NCBI GenBank assembly: GCA_944372525.1
Contig: CALVZL010000005.1
Location: 4,200-68,199 of the forward strand
Length of the DNA stretch: 64,000 nt
Source of the DNA: an uncultured Clostridia bacterium
GTDB lineage: Bacteria; Bacillota; Clostridia; Christensenellales; Borkfalkiaceae
Direction: 5' to 3'
Under the pieces are notes generated by a model. It saw only the letters and a program-made list of their open reading frames with translations. It did not search any database and was not told the origin of the DNA. Shown here piece by piece: positions 17,785-26,263 of this stretch (positions are counted from its first letter, which is position 1; every line of letters begins with the position of its first letter). Position numbers and translations under genes: made by a program.

Positions 17785-19590
17785 TCAGTCTTCCAGCCGC
17801 GCCAGCTTGACGTTTTTATACCAATCGGTCATCTCTTTGGAGATATCGTCCGACCAGTAATAATACGTCACGCCGCTCACCCGCGCATAAGTCTCTTTGA
17901 GAGACTGCCGTGTGATGTCAAGCGCTGCCTTTACGGTACCGCTGCGGGTATCGATCGCCGACGCGATCCCGCGCAGCGCCTTCGTCCGCGAAAGAATGTT
18001 GACGTTTGACCAATACTTGAAGGGCGGCATCATCGACATCGGATTGGTGATGATCGTCTCATCCATCGGAACGGTGACCTGCCATGCGTCGAATCCCGTC
18101 TCGCGCAGATGGAAAAGCACTTCCGCCACCACGGAGTTGGTGCCGTTGCAGTACTGTGAATTGTCGACGATCTGTTCGATATACCGATCGGTGAGTTGGA
18201 TCCAATATCCGCCTCCCGTGACCGTCTCGCCGTTGTATTCATAAGAATACGGACGCATATAGATGATCTTTTCCTTATAATCCTCGTAAGCAAGGATCTC
18301 GGTGGGATTGTCGGGATCAAATTCGGGCGCTCCTTCGGGCGCGTCGACTTTCACCCAGTGCTCGCCTTCGAGTCCGCCGTAATATTCCGCGAAATGCTCC
18401 AGTTTTTTTGCAAGGAAATCGATGATATAGACCGCATTTTCCGCCATGTAATAGGGAATGACGGTGTAGTAGGAGACCCCGTCGTCTCCGCCCTGCATGC
18501 GCGCCTTTTCCTGGACCACGGAATTGCTTGTTCCGTCGCCGCGAACCCGCGTATTCCAGACGATCGCCTCGTCGTGCACCGTCTGATAATCGTTGGAAAT
18601 GCCCGCCACCTGAGCCAGTTTTCCCTGTGTGACAATGGCGTTGACAAGAGGCGTCACCCACCAGTAAGACAAATAGACGCAGGAGTTGTTTTCGCTGGCA
18701 AAATCAGAGCAGATCTTATCCGACGAACTGTTCTGCCAGGAATCGGAAAGGATCTTCTGCTGTTTGAGATTGTACATGTATTCTGTATATAAATCGTAGC
18801 TTTCGTCGTAGATGTAGAGCTGAATATTTCCGTCATCGTCCAGCCCGAATTCAAGCGGGCAGTCAAACGCGGACAGGATGGGATTGACGCGCACGCTGTT
18901 GCTTCCGCCCAGCCCGAACGCATGATAATTGCTGTTCGTCGCGCCGTATTTTTCCTGAAGTTTGGTGAGCGCGTCCGTCACTTCGCCGAGCGTCTCCGGG
19001 ACCTTCACGCTTCCGTCTTCGTTGACGTAGCCGATCTCTTTGAGGTGATTGACATTCCACACAAGCGCCGAATCTTCCATGACGCAATATCCGAAATCCG
19101 GAATGGCATAGATGCCCGTCTTCCCGGAGTCGTCGGTGTATTTTACCGCATCCCAGCCGTAATCCATGAGATCGATGAGCTCATAGAGCTTTCTCCCGGA
19201 CTCGGTGTTTTGAAGAAGCTCGGTCAGATCGAGAAATGCCCCCATTTCGAGATAGGGCGTATATTGCGCCGAGTCGAGTTTCATGATGTGATATTCCTCA
19301 CGCGTCGTCAAAATTCCGTTGACTTCGTTATCGGCGGTGCTCTCGCTCAGCTCGCGATAATTGACGTGGTATCCCGTCGTTTCTTCAATGATTTTTGCGG
19401 TATCCTGCGTTTCGAGGTTTCCGAATCCGGAAATGCCGGTTGCGGGATAGATGGCGTTGATTTCGATGGGGTTGCTCAGATCAACGTTCCAGTTGATCTG
19501 ATAGTTTTCCTCGCCGACGCATCCTGCCAGGGAGCCGACTGCAGAACTCAACATTATCCCCGCAAGCAAAAGCGTTCCTGCTCTTTTCAC
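17785..19590 (-). CDS. extracellular solute-binding lipoprotein of the ABC importer (LplA-like, large)
   Basis: Lipobox SLAGC. At 601 aa, its size and position upstream of two LplB/LplC-type permeases fit family-1 sugar-binding proteins. Confidence 0.8.
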   Translation of the reverse strand: MKRAGTLLLAGIMLSSAVGSLAGCVGEENYQINWNVDLSNPIEINAIYPATGISGFGNLETQDTAKIIEETTGYHVNYRELSESTADNEVNGILTTREEYHIMKLDSAQYTPYLEMGAFLDLTELLQNTESGRKLYELIDLMDYGWDAVKYTDDSGKTGIYAIPDFGYCVMEDSALVWNVNHLKEIGYVNEDGSVKVPETLGEVTDALTKLQEKYGATNSNYHAFGLGGSNSVRVNPILSAFDCPLEFGLDDDGNIQLYIYDESYDLYTEYMYNLKQQKILSDSWQNSSSDKICSDFASENNSCVYLSYWWVTPLVNAIVTQGKLAQVAGISNDYQTVHDEAIVWNTRVRGDGTSNSVVQEKARMQGGDDGVSYYTVIPYYMAENAVYIIDFLAKKLEHFAEYYGGLEGEHWVKVDAPEGAPEFDPDNPTEILAYEDYKEKIIYMRPYSYEYNGETVTGGGYWIQLTDRYIEQIVDNSQYCNGTNSVVAEVLFHLRETGFDAWQVTVPMDETIITNPMSMMPPFKYWSNVNILSRTKALRGIASAIDTRSGTVKAALDITRQSLKETYARVSGVTYYYWSDDISKEMTDWYKNVKLARLED

Positions 19591-19631
19591 AATATGTAAC
19601 CTCCCGATGATATTTCTTTTTCGATATGGAA

Positions 19632-19661
19632 CAGGCGGTAATAATGCCTTATTACCGCCTG
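19632..19661 (-). terminator. stem-loop between the large lipoprotein gene and the SBP gene (partial terminator or processing site)
   Basis: Perfect 11-bp stem caggcggtaat/attaccgcctg (19632-19642 and 19651-19661). No clear U-tract follows on the minus strand. Confidence 0.35.
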
Positions 19662-19743
19662 CCTCTGACCTTGGTTGACCGGGCGGCCTTTCAAAATCCC
19701 GTTACGATCTTGAAGCCACTATCCGTTCTTGTAATCAAGCCCG

Positions 19744-22700
19744 TTATGCCTTTACGGTAACGCTTTCGGTGACTCCCAATCCGTTCGACGTCAGCGTATA
19801 ACCGGCATCCGTGAGGAGTTTGGTCACCTTTCCGATGCAGACGATCAGATCGGTCGACACATCGAATCCGAAATACGTCTTGTAGACTTTCGAGCGATAG
19901 AGGAATTCTTTGCCCTGGCTTGCGTTGAAGTTCCAAGCAAGACCGCCCTCGGAGAATCCGCTGAAGTTCACCATATAGGCGTTGACGACATCCGCCACTT
20001 CCTGCGTGATCGAGGTGATCGTCCCCGCTTCGATCTTCTGCGCGAGCGAAAGCACGTTGTAGAGATAATCGAAGTCTTTGCGGAATGCGCTGTCATAGTA
20101 TCCGATCTCCGTCAGGATCGTCTTGAGGAATGCGGGAAGCTCGAGTTTGCTCTCCTGCATCTTCTGCGCAACGAAGCAGACATAGAAGGAAGTCATCCAG
20201 TCGTTGTCCGAAGTCATGACCGTCGCCTTCGGGTTGGTCGAATCGTCTGCACAATCACCTTCGTTTGTCTGATAATAGCCGACGGAAGATTTGATCCGCA
20301 TGCTCCAACGAATCAGGCTCGTGAGCGCTTCGGGACCGCTCAGCGTGAGGTCGGCATTGCCCTGCACGTTGCGCGTCGTGATCGTCGCGTTCTTATATGC
20401 GTCCGTCTCCGTGAGCGCCGTCACCTGCATCACGACCGTGCTCCAGTTTGCGATCCAGCCCTGCATGGCTTCCATGGTAAGACCGTTGTAGGCAAGCAAT
20501 GTAGCCTGATCGTCCGCACTGAGCGCCATAAACTTCGTCTGAAGTCCCAGCAGCAGCTGAATCTGGTTGTACAGATATCCTTTGTTCGTGCCGTCCGTAG
20601 ACTGCCAGCCCTCGTATGTCGTCCAATCATCGGGATCTCCGATCTGCACGAAGTCGTCCTGCACGGACTGCGCCGCCGCAGAAAGGACGATCTTGGTAAT
20701 GTTTGCGACCGTCACGCCCCAGCCGTTCTCTTTGATCGTGTAACCCGCTTCCGAAAGCATCTCCGCAACCGCATCGAAATACTGATAGGTCTTAAAAGCA
20801 GAGCTGTCGGGATTGGTCAGCGTGCCGCCCGCCATGAGCACAATCCTGCCCGTACGAGAGGACATATACTTTTCAAATTTGCTTCCGGAATTCCAGTTCC
20901 AGGAGAGGAATGCGCTGATTTCGTATTCGCTGTTCCAGATCTCGTTGAGGAACGCCATTTCTTCCTCTGTCATATCGTTGATCGTGAGGGATCCGGAGAC
21001 AATGCGCTGCGCAAGTTTCACCGTTCCGGCGATGGGATAGTACGCGCCCTGATAGAAGTTGTCATATTCGATCGCACTCAAAAGATTCTGCACATAGGTA
21101 GGAAGTTCGAGGCCGAGCGATTCGAAATATTCGACGCATGCCACCACTCTGAGCGAAGGATAGCAGTTGTTGTCGAAGTTCATGACCTTGACGCCGGAAG
21201 CGTTTGTATCGTCGTTTTCGCCGTTCGTTCCGCCCCACTGGGTTCCGACGGAGATCTTGTAGGCATATTCGATCAATTCGCTGAGCGCTTCTTCACTCGT
21301 GAAATCTTTGATTGCGGTGGAGCTCATGATCGTCTCATAAGCCTTGAAGACGCCGCTCCGGAACGCCTCGCTCTCCATGAGCGCCGCAAGTTCCTCCGAC
21401 AGAACGCCCCATGCCTCAAAGTTCGCAATCTGTTCTGCCGTCAGGTCCTGCCTAACTGCCATGCGCGCAGTTCCGGGCAGAGCGTCATACGCTGCCTGTA
21501 CGCCGCGGAAAGCAACCACTTCGCTGTAAAGATATCCTGCGATCGCACTCTCCGTCGTCGTCCAGCCGAGATAGGAATAAGAAGCCAGATCGGAAAGCGC
21601 CTGAATGTCCGCAAGCACCTTTCTCGAATCGTCCGTATGTTCGGGTGCAATTCTTTCGATGACGTCTGCCGTCACGCCCCAGCCGTTCGTATTGACGGTG
21701 TAATTGTTGGACGTAAGGAACGCCGCAACAACGTCGAAATACTGATACGTCTTATACGCCGAGCCGTCTTCGTTTGTGAGTCTTCCGCCCGCAACATAAG
21801 CGATCCTGCCCGTACGGGACGAATAGAACATCTCAAACTTGTTGCCCGAATTCCAGTTCCATGCAATGTGTGCGCTGATCGTGTATCCATTGACCCAAAC
21901 CACATTGAGGAATGCCATCTCCTCGTCGGTCAACTCTGCCGTCGAAGTCAGATTTTCCGTCGCAATGCGCTGTGCCAGTTTCACCGTTTCCGCGATGGGA
22001 TAATATGCGCCTTCGTAGAAACTGTCATATTCGATCGCCGTAAGCAGCTCCTTTACATAGGTCGGAAGCTCCAGACCGAGAGAATCGAAATACTCGACGC
22101 AGGCGATGATTCTCAAAGAGGGATATGTGCTGGTATCGAACGCCATGACCTTGGATCCCGCATTGTTGCCGTCGTCGTTTTCGGAGTCCGTCCAGCTCAC
22201 TGCGCGCGAGATCTTGTTCGCATATTCGATGAGCTGCGAAAGCGCATCCACGCTCGTATAATCTGCAAGCGTATTGGAACCCAACAACTTATCGTATGTG
22301 CGGAAGACGCCGGTCTGGAACGCCTCGTTCTCCATGAGCGCTGCGATTTCATCCGACAGAACAGTCCACGTGTCAAACGTCGTGCGGTTGATCCGATAGA
22401 AAATCGCGATCTTATCTTCGCTCGAAAGCGCATCGTAATCCGCTTTGATCTTTCTGAACTGCTCCAGTTCGGTATAGAGATATCCGACGATCTCCGTCGC
22501 GTCATCGGGCGCAACCCAGCCCAGATAGGGATAGCTGAGGATATTGCCGAGTTTGCCGAACGCATCCGCAACCGCCTGCCCTTCTTCTGTGAGCTGAGCA
22601 GATTGTGCGAGAAGTTCTTTTGCCGTAAGATATGCGCTGAAATCGAGAACCGTGCGATATCTCTGCGTAAGCGTGCTGTTTGTGCCGTTTTCGTCGTCGC

Positions 22701-24267
22701 CGTACCAGAGTCCGACCGCGTTGATCTGCTCCTCATACTGCGCCACGTTCTCCAGCGTCACGTCGCCGAGCGCGTCGATCGCAGACTGATAAACGCCTGC
22801 ATTGGAACCGTATGCGGACTCGCCGACAGGGTTCTTGTTGAGATCGAACGTATACACGTCGCATCCGTCCTGTGCCTTCCAGCTCGTAAAGGCATAGCCG
22901 TTGAGAATGGTATAATCGAGAATCCCTTCCGTCTTCTCTTCCGTAGAAGCCATGACCAAAGAATGATCCTTGCCTCTCCAATCGGGATCGATCGCAAATC
23001 CGTATGTCGTATCCGACATCTCTTCCGTGGAAGGAACGTGCGCCGTCGCCGACTTCACGATAAGGTTTTCCCATTTTGCGCCGTTGAAGAAATCTACGTT
23101 CTTCTGCAGAACACCCGTCTCCACGTCTGCCTTGACGTCGAGGCCGGCAACGAACACGTATGCATTTTCATACCCGATCGATGCGCCGGGGAATTTCTCG
23201 TTGACGAGCGAATCGTCCATTCTGCGCAGATAGGTCGCACCGTCTTTGACCGTGACTTCGAGATCATTGACCTGATACAGCCCCATGTCGTCCTCGAGCT
23301 GTTTGGTGCGGATGCTCATCGTCAGCTCCTCTGCGTCCGGTTCGAAATATCCCGCCTCATTCCAGGTCGAAGTCAGCAAACACTGATCGCTGATCGTATA
23401 ATCCGCACCCGAGAAAGAATTGTCACGGGAGGTCGCCTCGAAAGGATACCAGTTGCCCGTGTTCACATCGCACGCGATGCCCATGGTGATGACGTAATAG
23501 TCCTGCCAGGAATAAAATCCCATGAAGGCATATGTCGTGTCCGATCCGTCGTATGCGGGCGTGATCTTCATCTGCGACAGGTCGATGGTATAATCGAGCC
23601 CCGTCACACCCGTCAAACGGCTGGGCATCTGCAGAACTGCGGCTTCCATTGCCGTCGAAAGCTCCCAGGTCTGAGCCTGCGTATTATCCGGATCGATCTC
23701 CGCGCCGTTCGCGTCGAGCAGACCGTAACCGTTATAGCTCTGCGTGGAACGGGTTCCGTATCCCTGCACTCTGTGCACGACATAGTCGGTATTCTGAACG
23801 AGGGACATGTAACTGGTATCCCAGCAGTCCATTGCATCGAGCATGGTGCCCGCTTCGTAGTACCAGAACATTTCGTCGTTGTTCGTTGCAAAGCCCGCAC
23901 GATTTTTGAAAACCTTGGCGGTCTCCCCCACTCGCGTCACATAGCTTCCGAATACGTTGGTGCCCGCATCCTCTGCGACGCATGCATTGATCGCCGCTGC
24001 GATCGTCTTATAATTCCCCAGCAACGTTCCCGTGCTCGAATAGGCAGAGTAGGCGTCACTGCGCGTATCCGTACGGGTTGCGGTATACGTCTTTGCCGTA
24101 ACGGTATTGTACACCGTTCCGTCTGCGGTGAACGTCATGTCTTCCCGATCGATGCGATCCCCGCCGGGACCATCCGGTTCATCCGGCTTGCATGCGGTAA
24201 ATCCTGCGAACGCCGAGACCAGCAATGCAGAACATACCAGTAATACCGCTATCTTGTTCCTTTTCAT
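19744..24267 (-). CDS. very large surface lipoprotein of unknown function with three tandem ~315-aa modules
   Basis: The lipobox start MKRNKIAVLLVCSALLVSAFAGFTAC at 24267 is the 22nd codon of the 1528-aa track ORF. No known catalytic motif recognised. See the repeat feature. Confidence 0.7.
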   Translation of the reverse strand: MKRNKIAVLLVCSALLVSAFAGFTACKPDEPDGPGGDRIDREDMTFTADGTVYNTVTAKTYTATRTDTRSDAYSAYSSTGTLLGNYKTIAAAINACVAEDAGTNVFGSYVTRVGETAKVFKNRAGFATNNDEMFWYYEAGTMLDAMDCWDTSYMSLVQNTDYVVHRVQGYGTRSTQSYNGYGLLDANGAEIDPDNTQAQTWELSTAMEAAVLQMPSRLTGVTGLDYTIDLSQMKITPAYDGSDTTYAFMGFYSWQDYYVITMGIACDVNTGNWYPFEATSRDNSFSGADYTISDQCLLTSTWNEAGYFEPDAEELTMSIRTKQLEDDMGLYQVNDLEVTVKDGATYLRRMDDSLVNEKFPGASIGYENAYVFVAGLDVKADVETGVLQKNVDFFNGAKWENLIVKSATAHVPSTEEMSDTTYGFAIDPDWRGKDHSLVMASTEEKTEGILDYTILNGYAFTSWKAQDGCDVYTFDLNKNPVGESAYGSNAGVYQSAIDALGDVTLENVAQYEEQINAVGLWYGDDENGTNSTLTQRYRTVLDFSAYLTAKELLAQSAQLTEEGQAVADAFGKLGNILSYPYLGWVAPDDATEIVGYLYTELEQFRKIKADYDALSSEDKIAIFYRINRTTFDTWTVLSDEIAALMENEAFQTGVFRTYDKLLGSNTLADYTSVDALSQLIEYANKISRAVSWTDSENDDGNNAGSKVMAFDTSTYPSLRIIACVEYFDSLGLELPTYVKELLTAIEYDSFYEGAYYPIAETVKLAQRIATENLTSTAELTDEEMAFLNVVWVNGYTISAHIAWNWNSGNKFEMFYSSRTGRIAYVAGGRLTNEDGSAYKTYQYFDVVAAFLTSNNYTVNTNGWGVTADVIERIAPEHTDDSRKVLADIQALSDLASYSYLGWTTTESAIAGYLYSEVVAFRGVQAAYDALPGTARMAVRQDLTAEQIANFEAWGVLSEELAALMESEAFRSGVFKAYETIMSSTAIKDFTSEEALSELIEYAYKISVGTQWGGTNGENDDTNASGVKVMNFDNNCYPSLRVVACVEYFESLGLELPTYVQNLLSAIEYDNFYQGAYYPIAGTVKLAQRIVSGSLTINDMTEEEMAFLNEIWNSEYEISAFLSWNWNSGSKFEKYMSSRTGRIVLMAGGTLTNPDSSAFKTYQYFDAVAEMLSEAGYTIKENGWGVTVANITKIVLSAAAQSVQDDFVQIGDPDDWTTYEGWQSTDGTNKGYLYNQIQLLLGLQTKFMALSADDQATLLAYNGLTMEAMQGWIANWSTVVMQVTALTETDAYKNATITTRNVQGNADLTLSGPEALTSLIRWSMRIKSSVGYYQTNEGDCADDSTNPKATVMTSDNDWMTSFYVCFVAQKMQESKLELPAFLKTILTEIGYYDSAFRKDFDYLYNVLSLAQKIEAGTITSITQEVADVVNAYMVNFSGFSEGGLAWNFNASQGKEFLYRSKVYKTYFGFDVSTDLIVCIGKVTKLLTDAGYTLTSNGLGVTESVTVKA
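19747..22596 (-). repeat. three tandem protein-level repeats inside the large lipoprotein gene (about 21649-22596, 20689-21648 and 19747-20688)
   Basis: Copies 1 and 2 share long near-identical blocks. Examples are YPSLRIIACVEYFDSLGLELPTYVKELL versus YPSLRVVACVEYFESLGLELPTYVQNLL, and SSRTGRIAYVAGGRLTNEDGSAYKTYQYFD versus SSRTGRIVLMAGGTLTNPDSSAFKTYQYFD. Copy 3 is clearly related but more diverged (KLELPAFLKTILTEIGYYD, NGLGVTESV). Confidence 0.8.
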
Positions 24268-24504
24268 AGACTTCCTCCCGTTGATTTCCGCCTTGCTTAT
24301 TTTTACGAAAATCCCGTATCTTAATTTCATTATACACCCGATTTTCGCTTTGTCAAGAGTTTCTGAAAAAAATTTTTATTTTTTCATCAAAAATCCCTTG
24401 GCTTTTTCATGTTTTAATTCGATTTTTCTAAAAAACCATAAAAAAAGAACAGCTTTGAAAGAAATTTTCATTCAAAACTGTTTTTTCTGTAATTTTTTCC
24501 TGCC

Positions 24505-25338
24505 CTAAACGAGTTTGCGCGCGGTTGCGACATTGCCCTTTGCGATGAACTCGTCGAAACGGTCCTTGTCACACATATGTAACCCCGTGCAAAGCACGTC
24601 GACGAAGAAGAGCTGCATGAGTTTGCTCGTCATCGCACCAGGCTGAACGGGAGATTCCATCGGAACCGAAGAGAGCACCAGATCGGAAAACCGCGTCAGC
24701 GGCGAACGTTCGTAACAAGTAATGACGATGATCTTCATCCCGCAGGAGCGCGCGAGCTGCGCCGCCTCGATCACGTCCTTCGTCCCGCCGGAGACGCTGA
24801 ACACGATCATGAGATCGGATTCGTTCCGCGAAGAGATCAAAATATTCTGAAAATGAATATCCTGCTCGCAATAGGTCAGGATCCCCATCTTCATCAGGCG
24901 GTTGTGCAATTCCAGCGCGGCGAGATAGGAATGCCCCACGCCGCAGCAGCAGACCGTTCTGGCGGAGAGAATATAGTCGAACGCCTGCTGCAGCTTTGCT
25001 TCCGTCAGGCGTTTTCTGCACAAATCGAGCGCCTTCTGATAGTCCGCAATGATGTTTCCGACATATTCGATCCCGCTTTCTTCTTCCTGCATGGTTCCGC
25101 CGATCATGCTTTGGGCCAGATTGAGACGAAATTCCTGATATCCGTTGAACCCGAGGGAGCGGCAGAACCGGAGCACCGTCGCTTCCGCAACGCCCACCTC
25201 TTCGGCAAGCTGAGTGATCGACATGTAGATGATATGTTTATGATCTGCGGTTTCGAAATACTCAAGAATTTTTCGCTGCGACTTGGTAATCTTCCCCGCT
25301 TTCAGGCTCTCGATCCTACCCGCCAAAGTATCTTTCAT
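24505..25338 (-). CDS. MurR/RpiR-family transcriptional regulator (HTH + SIS sugar-phosphate sensor domain)
   Basis: N-terminal HTH_6-like segment (ITQLAEEVGVAEATVLRFCRSLGFNGYQEF) and a SIS domain (VCCCGVGHSYLAALEL...IVFSVSGGTKD). Confidence 0.85.
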   Translation of the reverse strand: MKDTLAGRIESLKAGKITKSQRKILEYFETADHKHIIYMSITQLAEEVGVAEATVLRFCRSLGFNGYQEFRLNLAQSMIGGTMQEEESGIEYVGNIIADYQKALDLCRKRLTEAKLQQAFDYILSARTVCCCGVGHSYLAALELHNRLMKMGILTYCEQDIHFQNILISSRNESDLMIVFSVSGGTKDVIEAAQLARSCGMKIIVITCYERSPLTRFSDLVLSSVPMESPVQPGAMTSKLMQLFFVDVLCTGLHMCDKDRFDEFIAKGNVATARKLV

Positions 25339-25391
25339 CGCACTGCCCTCGCCATTTTTTCCAACGGTTTTCTATCGTTTTATTTGAAATT

Positions 25392-25420
25392 ATTATAGCT
25401 CAATCTTAAAAAGTTGTCAA
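25392..25420 (-). promoter_or_regulatory. consensus sigma-70 promoter for the RpiR-family gene
   Basis: Minus strand: TTGACA (25420-25415), 17-nt spacer, TATAAT (25397-25392). It overlaps the stop region of the upstream ORF. Confidence 0.5.
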
Positions 25421-26263
25421 GTCATTGTCTGAAAGATTTGTTCGCCCTAAGCTCCGCTCCCCGCTCTCTTTCAGCCTTCCGAACGCGCTTCCGATCTTTC
25501 CTCCCGCCGCAAGATAGCGTGCCGCCGCACGCTGCAGAGAGGTTTCCTGCGGAAAAGAATCGGGAGAAGTTTTTCCTTCGAACAGCCAGAAAAGAAAGCC
25601 GCCGTCCTCCGGAGAAACGCGAATGACGGAAAAGCGCGCCTGAAAACGCAGAATACGCGACCGAGGCGGAAGAAGCTCTTTCAGCGCAGGCGAAAGCAGC
25701 CAGGAATCGCAGGTATAGGGCGCTTTCTTCCATCGGCCGAAGCTCTTTTCCTCCGAAAAGAAGGCGCGGGCACGGGCGAGCGAGTCATCGACCGCCCCGT
25801 CGGACAGATCGGCGTCGGAGGGGATATGCACGGCGATCGCGGGCGCTCCCTCCTTGTCCTCGGCAAGTTCGTATTCAAGCGTTCCCAACCGAAACAGACT
25901 GAGAGAAAGCTGTCTTCCCGTCCAAAATCCGCGATCGAATCCCCATTCGCCGAAGCGAACGCGATACTCCTTCGCAAAGCGGGAAAAACACTTCATCGTG
26001 TCGAAAAACACTTCCTCCGCGATCCCGCGGCGCTCATAGATCTCCCTCGAAAGCAACGCGGCGCGCAACATGACGGCGAGCGTCACCAGCCCCCTTCCCG
26101 TATCGTCCGCCTCCTCCAATTCGCGCGCGGCTGCGGCATAGTCTCTGCCGCACAGATGGACGCAGAGCGCCTCCCGCTTCTTTGCGGAAAGCTTTCCGAA
26201 TGTCAGACGTTTTTCCAGTTCTCCGTCCAATGCGATGCGCGAACAGAGTTCTTCGAACGTCAT
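25406..26263 (-). CDS. hypothetical cytoplasmic protein (possibly the two-domain GNAT-like acyltransferase family; weak)
   Basis: 285 aa. The start overlaps the GH31 stop (26260-26263). The block GEWGFDRGFWTGRQLSLSLFRLGTLEYE faintly recalls the N-acyltransferase N-terminal domain family. This is not verified. Confidence 0.45.
   Translation of the reverse strand: MTFEELCSRIALDGELEKRLTFGKLSAKKREALCVHLCGRDYAAAARELEEADDTGRGLVTLAVMLRAALLSREIYERRGIAEEVFFDTMKCFSRFAKEYRVRFGEWGFDRGFWTGRQLSLSLFRLGTLEYELAEDKEGAPAIAVHIPSDADLSDGAVDDSLARARAFFSEEKSFGRWKKAPYTCDSWLLSPALKELLPPRSRILRFQARFSVIRVSPEDGGFLFWLFEGKTSPDSFPQETSLQRAAARYLAAGGKIGSAFGRLKESGERSLGRTNLSDNDLTTF

Noticed and set aside
21637-24243. 868-aa + strand ORF
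   Set aside because: It is antisense to the large lipoprotein gene. It has an extreme Arg/Ile/Cys composition and no start context, which is typical of GC-rich shadow ORFs. The same reasoning applies to 28355-30454 (699 aa), 5750-7057, 15615-16721, 31197-31994, 36666-37715, 45101-46375, 55149-56570, 61021-62142 and 62482-63792.
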